Assembly: GCF_004010195.1 (NCBI RefSeq)
Contig: NC_057719.1
Location: 77,036,702 to 77,100,701, forward strand
Source of the DNA: Chiloscyllium plagiosum
Lineage: Eukaryota
Direction of reading: 5' to 3'
DNA length: 64,000 nucleotides
The position numbers and the translations under genes are program-made. Shown piece after piece: positions 54,770 through 64,000 of the stretch (its first letter is position 1; each line of letters starts with the position of its first letter). Below the pieces are notes generated by a model. That model ran no database searches, had not been told where the DNA came from, and saw only the letters and a list, made by a program, of their open reading frames with translations.

Positions 54770-55510
54770 AGGGCCTTAATGATTTGCTGTCTATCTATCA
54801 ATGATTTGGAGCAAGGGGCAGAGTGTAATGTATCCAGATTTGCTAATGATACAAAAATAAGTGTGAGGGCATGTTGTAATGAGAAGTTAAGGAATTTACA
54901 AGGGAAGTAGGTTGAGTGTGTGGACAGAAGCTTGTCAGATGAAGTTGAATGTAGCAAAGTGAGAGATTGTAGACTTTGGTAGGAAGAATCGAAAGGCAAA
55001 TTATTATTTAAATTGAGCCAAACGCCAAACGAAATTGCAATGCACACTGATCTGGGTATGCTTGTGTATGAAATAAAACATGCAGTTACAGCAAGTAATT
55101 AAGAGGCAAATTGCGTTTTGGTTTTTATTGCTAGGAGGTTGGAATTTAAGTACTCAAAGCAGCTGTCACAACTGCTCAGGGTGTTTTTGAGGCTGCACTT
55201 GGAGTATCATGTACAGGTCTGGTCCCATATTTAAAATAGGATATCCTGACATTGCAGGGAGTTCAAAACAGACTCAATAAGTTTGAGGGGCAACTTTTTC
55301 ACACAGAGGGTGGTTCAAATGTGGAATGGGAGGGAGTGGTCGATGCAGGTACAGTTACAACATTTTAAAGACATTTAAAATGATTAGGAAAGATTTCGAG
55401 AGATATGGGCCAAACGTGGAAAAGTGGGACTAGTTTAGTTTGGAAAACTTGGCATGGACGAGTTGGACCGAAGGATCTGTTTCCATGCAGTATGACCCGA
55501 TGACACTAAG
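54770..55510 (+). mobile_element. CR1 fragments
   Basis: agatttgctaatgatacaaaa (RFANDTK, FADDTK-like) and 3' end ...ttggaccgaaggatctgtttccatgcagtatgac. Confidence 0.75.
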
Positions 55511-55729
55511 TCTACACAGGCTGTTTTAAAGAGCAATTCAGTTTGTCCCACTCCCCTATTTGCACCCCACATCCCTGCAATGTCTTTTTCTTTCAAGTAT
55601 TTAATCCTACTTTATACAGTTGTGAGCAAATTTGTATCCATTAACCAAACAGGCAGTGCATTCCAAATGCTAACCACTCATGTTGCTGCTTGTTCCTTTG
55701 TCAGTGAATAAATCTCTAAATATATAAAC

Positions 55730-57135
55730 TAAGAACAACAGTAGGCTATTTGGCCCCTCACAACTGCTCCATCAGTCAATAAAATTGTGACTGATCGATT
55801 TGTAACCTGAGTTCCACTTTCCTGCCTTTCCTAATACCTTTTGACTCCCATATTAGGCAACAATCTTATCTATTTCTGCCTTGAAACATCCAATTAACCT
55901 GCCTCTTCTGCACGCTGGGGAAAAGACTCTCACAGACTCTCACTTTTTGAGGAGAAAAGAATTACCCCTTTGTCTTGAATAAAGGACTCATTAAAACTAG
56001 AGGATAAAGAAAATCTCTCCACTCTGGGAAACATCCTTTCTGTATCCACCTTGTCAATTGTCTTCTGCAACTTTATACTTTCAGTAAGATTGCCTCTCAT
56101 TCTTCTTAACTCCAAAATATGTACGCCCAATCTGTAGAACATTTTCTTATAAGCTTAAACCCCTCATCCCAGAGGTCAGGCCTGTCAACTTTCTCTGAAT
56201 TACTTCTAATGTAATTGTCTCCTTGCTTCAATAAGCAGACCAAAACTATCCTTCAGATGTTACTTCATCAATACTCAATACAACTGCAGAAAAATCTCCC
56301 TAATTCTGTATTGTTTCCCATGCAATGAACAACAACATTCTATTTCTTTCTTAATAACTTGCTGATTAACTTGTGATTCATGTGCCAAGGTACCCAGATC
56401 CCTCTGTACCTTAGAGTTCTGCAGTCTCTCCTCATTTAAATAAGATTTTTTTGTTCTTCCTCTCAAAGTTCACAGTTCCTGCACGTTACACTGCTGTGGC
56501 ACAGTGGCTCAGTTGTTAGTTCTGCTGTCTGTCAGTGCCAGGGGCCCGGGTTCAATTCTATCCTCAGGCAACTGTTTGTGGGGAGTTTGGACGTTGTCTC
56601 CATGTCTGCGTAGGTTTCCTTTGGATGGTCCAGTTTCCTCCCCCAGTCCAAAGATGTGCAAGTTAGATGGATTGGCCATGCTAAATTTTCACTAGTGTCC
56701 AGGGATATGCAGGCTAAGTGGGTTAGCCATGGGAAATGCAGGGTTACAGAGATGAGGTGGGTCTGTTGGCATACTCTTTGGAGGGATTGTGTGGTGGACT
56801 GAATGTCCTGCTTCCACACTGTAGGGTTTCTATAATTCTACCTGACAACTTTTTATTCCACTCACTTAATATATCTTACAGACTCATTTTGTCATCTTCA
56901 CGACTTAAGTTTGCTGAAGACAAAGATGAGTAGGAAATTATAAATTTGCCCTCATAATCCAAGTCATTAATATAAATTGTAAATGGCTGAGGATCTAGCA
57001 CTGATCCCTGTGGAACTTTGTTAGTTAGATCTTGTCAATCCAAAAATGATCACCTTTTGACTACTCTTGGCTTTCTGTTAGTTAATCAACCCTTGATTCA
57101 TCTTAATATGTTACTCCCTATGTAGTAACCTTTGA
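55730..57135 (-). mobile_element. CR1 fragment interrupted by an HE1 SINE
   Basis: LNEERLQNSKVQRDLGTLAHESQ and LELRRMRGNLTESIK remnants. Confidence 0.75.
56495..56835 (+). mobile_element. HE1-type SINE (older)
   Basis: ggcacagtggctcagttgttag...cccgggttcaattc head; tail cctgcttccacactgtaggg. Confidence 0.85.
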
Positions 57136-57136
57136 T

Positions 57137-58800
57137 CATAGAATCATAGAATTTTACAGTACAGAAGGAGGCCATTTGACCTATCGTTTCTGTACTGACT
57201 CAAAGTTTGTGAGAAGATTTGTAGCTCGGTTGCTCGTTGTTGTAGTTCTGTTTGCCGAGCTGGGAATTTGTGTTGCAGATATTTCGTCCCTGTCTAGGTG
57301 ACATCCTCAGTGCTTGGGAGCCTCTTGTGAAGCGCTTCTGTGATCTTTCCTCCGGCATTTGTAGTGGTTTGAATCTGCCGTTTTCGGTTGTCAGTTCCAG
57401 CTGTCCGCTGCAGTGGTCGGTATAATGCCGGAGGAAAGATCACAGAAGCGCTTCACAGGAGGTTCCCAAGCACTGAGGATGTCACCTAGACAGGGGGCGA
57501 AACAAATTCCCAGCTCTGTACTGACTCTTCAAAGAACTACCCATTTAGTCCATTCTCCAGCCCTAACTCCACAGCCCTCTAAGTTAATGACCTATATATC
57601 CAGCACCCTTTTGAAACCTCTTATGGAATCTCCCTCCATCACTCTCCCAGACTGGCATTACAAATCCTAGCCACACTCTTGAGTAAATAAGTGTTTCCTC
57701 ATCTCACTCCTAGCTGTCTTGCTGACAGTCGTGAAATTATGATCTCCTAGTTACTGACATACCCGCTAGTGGAAACAGAATATCTTTCTTTACCCTGTCA
57801 AAATTATTCATAATTTGAACACGTCAATGAGGTCACCCCTTGTTTTATAAATTCTCAAGGATCGGGTTCGCAGGAGATTCCGGTAACATATTCATAATAA
57901 GATTCACACATGTATTGGGACATAATTTTAACCCTTTCACCACACCCCTTTCATCTTGCTTGCCCTAAGCAGAATAAGCCCAATTTCTCTAATCTTTTCT
58001 TTTATGTAGGGATCTAAAATCCTTCATTTTTGTTAGCATTCTAACAAATTTCCTTTGCACTTTCTCCAGGGCTTTAACATCTTTCCTTAAGTAAGGTGCA
58101 CAGAATTAAACACACGACTCCAAATGTGGTCTGACAAATGATTTGTAAAGATGTAGTGTCACTTCCTTGTTTTTATACTCTGTTCATCTATTTATAAACC
58201 CAAAGATCCTATAAGCCTTTTTAACAATGGTTTCACCTTGCTTGGCCACCATCAGAAAATTATGTATTTGAATCCCATGGTCCCTTTGCTCCTGTACTTC
58301 TTTCAAATTTGGACCATTCAGCCTATATAGTGCTACCATGTTTCTTCGACCAAAGTGCATTACTGTCAAATATCTTCCAGAAATTTTAAGTACCCCACCC
58401 ATTCCCTGGTTGTTCTTTATCCATGTCATTCATTATTTTGCCAAGCCCATTTGACTGTGCCTGTTTGCATTTAGATTGTCTAAGTGCTCTGCTGCAATTT
58501 TGTTTTATAGATGCTGACATCTTCCTTGTGACAGATGTGTTTCTTGTTTTCTGGCTCTTGCCTTTTTTGAACAGTGAATAGCATTCCCTATTTTCCAATC
58601 TGATGGAGCCTTTCCAGAATGAAGTAATTTTGGAAAATTAAAATATTTTAATCTACAATCTCAGCAGCCCCTTCTTTAACACCCCAGGGTGATGTCACAC
58701 AGGACCTGGAGACTTGTCAGCTTTTAGTTCTAATAATTTTCTTATCACCCTTTTGCCAATGATTGTGATTGTTTTATCTTCACACTCCCTTTCCTATCTT
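57137..58800 (-). mobile_element. CR1 fragment, interrupted by a family C insertion
   Basis: VMHFGRRN...EVQEQRDHGIQIHNFL...VKKAYRIFGFINR; tail catagaatcatagaa. Confidence 0.75.
57202..57514. mobile_element. Family C fold-back insertion without coding sequence
   Basis: 13-bp TSD tctgtactgactc (57189-57201 and 57515-57527); about 57424-57514 is the reverse complement of part of 57257-57359. Confidence 0.88.
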
Positions 58801-59369
58801 GATGCATACTTACTTCTAGCAATCTTATGGACTACTGCCAGCTTAGTTTAGCATCTTCCTGCATCTGACACCTCCGTTTTGGAGCTTGATTCTCTTTGCG
58901 CACAGGGAAAGATGTTTAGTATCTGTTCTTTACTTCTCTGCTTTCCCACCCGTGAAAACACTCTTTATTAACAATAAAGTCCCCAGTTTTCATTTAGTCT
59001 TTTACTGGAAGCTCCATTTTGCAGTTACTGTCTTGCTCTGCAGAAAATGCTGGCCCCCAAACCCAACGCATTTTTCTCTTTACTCCAATATTGAGTCATT
59101 TTCAGGGTCTCCCAACCCTCCCACTGTGCAAATGAAACTGTCTGCACCCTTGTGTTAATTATAGCATCCACCACAAAGTTGCATGAATGGAATGGACCTC
59201 CTTAATCTGTAATCTTTGATGAAGTAGAGGTGAAATTAAACTTCAGCGAGAACACATAATGACTTTCAGTGGATTACCACTCGCTATTCTTGCTGCCTGA
59301 CCTTCATTTTCTTTTTGACCTTCATAAAAGTCATTCTTTTTTATTGAAAATTGATTGGAATGCAAAATA

Positions 59370-59566
59370 GGAGGAGAAAGTGAGGACTGCAGATGCTGGA
59401 GATCAGAGCTGAAAATGTGTTGCTGGAAAAGCGCAGCAGGTCAGGCAGCATCCAAGGAACAGGAGAATCGATGTTTCGGGCATAAGCCCTTCTTCAGGAA
59501 CGTCGATTCTCCTGTTCCTTGGATGCTGCCTGACCTGCTGCACTTTTCCAGCAACACATTTTCAGC
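59370..59566. mobile_element. Family A fold-back insertion
   Basis: 14-bp TSD tggaatgcaaaata (59356-59369 and 59567-59580); about 59501-59567 is the reverse complement of about 59407-59473. Confidence 0.9.
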
Positions 59567-59929
59567 TGGAATGCAAAATAAGTGACCCATCTACTGTCCC
59601 TAGTTTACATCCCTGCCAAAGTTGAATTTATTCTATATTTAGACTTGTCGGAACAGTGAACCACATAGGTATGTTCTTAAGAGTATTGTTTTGAGAATTT
59701 GACTGGTAGGAATCATTTCAAGTGGTCAAACCACGGCACTAGAGAATACAGAAAATACATTAACCTCCTTCCATTTCCGCTTACTTCTCACACCACGACA
59801 ATTTATTCTTTTCTGTTTTTATGAATTGTCTGTGTCACGAGAGAGAAAAACTCAGCCTGGTGATACGTAATGGTAGTCCCCAACCCTAGACTTATATCTT
59901 TTTCACAGTCTGCTGTGGCCTGGCAATAG

Positions 59930-60170
59930 TACCCTTGCATTGTGTTAGAAGAATGAGTTCCAATCCCATGCAAGACTTTTGAGCACAAAGTACAGGCTGA
60001 GCCATCAGAAAAATGCTTTCGGGAGTGCTGTACACTCTCAGATACCATCTTTAGATGAGATATTTTTATGTGGATAGAAAAGATTCCGTGTCAGTATTTC
60101 AAAGAAGAGCAAGTGAATTCTCCACTTGCTCCTGGGCACTGCTCAGCAGCTGTAAACATTGATTTTCTGA
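59930..60170 (+). mobile_element. Deu-domain SINE, decayed
   Basis: gggagtgctgtacactctcagataccatctttagatgaga...aaaagattcc...tatttcaaagaagagca. Confidence 0.6.
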
Positions 60171-62474
60171 TCTGGAAAGTTGTAGTATGTATCACAGAGA
60201 TAGCTCATTGATGGGAAGCAAAAGGAGATGAAGGTTGGATACATTTTAGTTCTTTTCCTGAAGGCTCAATTTTCTGCCCATTGCTCTACAATTTTTATGA
60301 ATGGAGGTAGCAATATAAAACTATGTGCCAGTGTAGTCGATTTATGATGAGGATCGTTCCAGGCTACAGAAAGACGAAACATGGTAGATAGGATTCAACA
60401 CAAAAAAGTGGTAACTTTGAAGGTCCAAATATAGAAAACTGAGTACTGTAAGAAATATAGAATGTAAAGACTAGGAGATCATGTGTAAATATTGTGTGTC
60501 AGTGACTAGACCTCAGCTCGAGGTCACTTGTTAGTATTATACCTCAGAAACAGTTTCAGGACCCCTGAGGAGACTTGACAGCATTTTACAGGCTGAGGGG
60601 CGAGAGTAGTGAAGAGAGTTTTCAAGGTGATAGTTGAAGGAAAAAGAAATTCTCCTGTTGAATACATTGAAAAGCAGCGATCATAGGCTTGAAATTATTT
60701 GAAAAAGGTCAAGAGGGAAGATGAGAATAAATGTTTTCACTCAATGCTTTGCAAAGGCTGTAAAAGCTGATTCCATATATAGTTATATATGGAAGTTGTA
60801 CAATTTGTTAAAGATGAATAAATTGGTAGCTGGATTGCCAGCAAAAAGTGAGGCTCTGAGGCAAAGCATGATAGTTATTCCAATTGCTGTGCTCTTCCAG
60901 CACCACTGATCCAGTTATTCCAAAGAGCCAGCAGAGGCACAATGATATGAATGTCCTGCTCTTGTACTTCAAATTTCTATAATCCTGTGATTATCACAGT
61001 GTTGTTTATGGAACCTTCCAATAGATAAAGTGGCTGCCATATTTCCCACATTATGCACTGTTCCACATGTGGGAGATATCTAACCACAAACAGGCCTTTT
61101 TAATTCTTGTCTTCTGTCCCTATGTACAGACCTTTTACATGAAAGGAACATTGGCAAGCTATTGATGGCTACCCTACTGTTCAGTTTCTTGACGTAAAGC
61201 TATGTCTATGAGCAGTGTAAGTTTGAAAAAAATGCACAATCTAGATACCAAGAAAATGAGATTGAGGTTTTCATTTGGAATCACAAAATCAGTTTCAGTT
61301 CATTTTTTCTGTATATCTTCCATTAATCCTTGGACAGAGTTAAACTATGTAATTTATTCCATGGCATCAATGGCAGAATAATGGAATTGGAATTCAAATT
61401 ATGAGTAAATTAGTTTTGTATACTGGCTTTACATGGAGTTGTAAACATTCACTTCATATATCTAAATTCACTATATGCTTTTGTTGCCTGCTTGATGACC
61501 CATGTAATATGATTGATGCAATACCAGAGTTTATGCTGTGTTCTTGTTAACCATAGTTGCTATATGCAAGTCAGTGCAAGAAATTATTTTATCATTTCAG
61601 TGCTTCAAATACATGTATTTAGTCTAAAATACTTCATTCTCTTATTAGTATAGCTAATTTTCATTGTTATAAAAATGTTTAGAAAATGTGCTTTGCTTGA
61701 ACTCATTTAAGGGATTTCTTTGTTTCTGATTCATGCACCATTCAGTATTCAGACTAAAGTTCATGAAAATTCATGATCCGTGCATAACCTGTAACTGTTT
61801 TGACCTCTTTAACAGAGGTTTATGTACCAAATTTATGTACCAAAGTGGCATTTAGGAATACTGTAAAACTAGTAAGTGCTTACGTTTTGTGCTTAATTTT
61901 CCATGATTTTTGGTACTTCTAATTTTTTTTTATTTGTTATGTGGGTTTCATTGGCTGGTCAGCATTTATTGCCTGTCCCTAGTTACCCTTGAGAAGCTGT
62001 TGGTGAGCTCTCATCTTGAACCGCTGCAGTCCACCTGCTGTGGGTTGACTCAATGACATAGTTATAATTTGAATAGTGGCCTCCCAAACCTTTTAAAATG
62101 TATTCCAGTATGGTAGAATTGGCCATTGACAAAATACATTAGGTTCATGTCAGGTCTGTATAAACATGTTGTACACGCTGGAAAATTCATGTTGTGAATT
62201 TGAGGGGGAATCTGTATACTCTATACTGTACTGCAGATGATAAACTCAAAGGATGTTTAGTAGCTCATTGCATTTTTAAAACCAGGCTGGCTTGCATGTG
62301 ATACTAATTGCTTTTCAGGGTTGTGAATCTTTCATGTTACAAATATGCCCTGAAGAACTGGTGTTGACGCAATTCATTTTGGCTTTGTTTCAATAATTGA
62401 AATACTCAATAGCATCCAAACCCCAACCTTTCCCCTCAGAATGGAGATACTTGGAAGAGCGGAGACCAGTATTC

Positions 62475-64000
62475 ATAAGTTCATAAGGTATAGCAGCAGA
62501 ATTAAGCCATTTGGCCCATCGAGTCTGCTGTGCTGTTTGATCGTGGCTGATATGCTCCTCACCCCCATTTTACTGCCTTCTCGCCATATCCCTTCAACCC
62601 ATTAACAATTAAGCACTGTCTAACTCCTCCTTAAATTTACTCACTGTCCCAGTATCCACCGCACGTTGGAATAGCAAATTCCACAGATTCACAACCCTTT
62701 GGGAGAAGTAGTTTCTCCTCAACTCTGTTTTAAATTTGCTACCCCTTATCCTAAGACTGACCTCTCATCGTCCATTGCCTCACAAGAAGAAGCATCTGCT
62801 CCACATCTATTTCATCCACACCTTTTATCATCTTGAATACCTCAATTTGATCACCTTTCATTCTTTTAAATTCCAGAGAGTATAGGCCTAAACTGTACAA
62901 TCTTTTCATACAACAAGCCCCTCACCTCTGGGAACTATCCAGTGTACCTCCTCTGAATTGCCTCCAATGCCACTACAATCTTTCCTCAAATAAGGGGACC
63001 AAAACTCTGCACAGGTGCAGTCTCACCAATACCTTGTATAGTTGCAACAACACTTCCTTACCTTTATATTCTACTTCTTTAGCTATAAAAGCCAGCATTC
63101 CATTTGCATTCTTTGCTGTACCTGCATGCTAGTTTTTGGTGACTCATGAACAAGTATGCAGAGATCCCTGTGCACAGGAGCACCCCGAAGTGTCTCCCCA
63201 TGACCACTACTTATCCACGTTAAACTTCATCTGACATGTTTTGGCCCACTCTCATAACCTACCTATTTCCATTTTTAAGATTCTCATTTCCTCATTGCAG
63301 TTTAGTGTCCCACTTAGTTTTGTGTCATCTGCAAATTTGGCTATAGAGCCTTTTATTCCTGTATCCAAGTTGTCAGCGTAGATTGTAAATAGATAGGGAC
63401 CAAGGCCCGAAACCTGTGGCATCCCACAAGTTACATCTTGCCATCCAGGAAAAAAAAACATTTATCCTGACTCTGTCTTCTGCCCATCAGCCAGTCACCT
63501 ATCCAAACTAATAAGTTGTCCCAATCCCATATGATCCAACTTTGTGATTTAACATTTTGTGCAGCACCTTATCAAATGTCTTCCGGAAGTCCAGATAAAT
63601 TACATCTACAGCATCCGCATTATCCACTTTGCTTGTCACGTCTTCAAAGAGCTCTAACAAATCAAACATGATTTGCCCTTCATTAACCCATGCTGACTCT
63701 GATGGATAGTGTTTTGATTTTCCAAATGTCCTGATATTGCTTCCTTGATAACTGATTCTAACTCTTTCTCAACAACAGATGCTAAACTAACTGGTCTGTA
63801 ATTTTCCACATTTTATCTCCCTCCCTTTTTGAATAAGGATGTTATATTAGCCATTTTCCAATCCACTGGAACCCTTCCTGTGTCCAGGGAATTTTGGAAT
63901 ATTTTAACCAATGGATCTACTATCTCTGCTGCCACTTTCTTTAATACCCTCGGATGTAGGCCATCAGGCCTGGGGGACTTGTCTGTCCTCAATCCTGATA
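62475..64000 (-). mobile_element. CR1 LINE, runs off the window
   Basis: WQDVTCGMPQVSGLGPYLFTIYADNLDTGIKGSIAKFADDTKL (RT core); tail cataagttcataag. Confidence 0.9.

Noticed and set aside
54600..54790. CR1 orientation flip suggesting a twin-priming inversion
   Set aside because: Too decayed to define a TSD or to show that both parts come from one insertion.

Overview
Eukaryotic (vertebrate) genomic DNA, very probably a shark, inferred from HE1-type SINEs, their CR1/HER1-type LINE partners and Deu-domain SINEs. The whole window lies inside one + strand gene, pecanex 1 (PCNX1). Five internal coding exons are visible: a candidate 40-bp exon at 11116-11155, then 21984-22073, 26386-28131, 41921-42050 and 47341-47525. 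They splice in frame and match the N-terminal low-complexity region of human PCNX1 as I recall it. The introns are filled with decayed CR1, L2 and RTE LINEs, tRNA-derived SINEs and probable solo LTRs, and there is a 446-bp assembly gap. The most notable content is three distinct families of Penelope-like elements (PLEs). Each carries a minimal hammerhead ribozyme (CTGANGA-stem II-GAAA-palindromic stem III-NUH), and two retain GIY-YIG endonuclease remnants. Many copies are tiny, fold-back (inverted-arm) insertions with 9-15 bp target-site duplications (TSDs). Two copies of one subfamily are each associated with an exactly 120-bp duplication of flanking sequence. Most ORFs in the supplied track are repeat-derived or spurious. 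Repeat boundaries are approximate unless a TSD is quoted.
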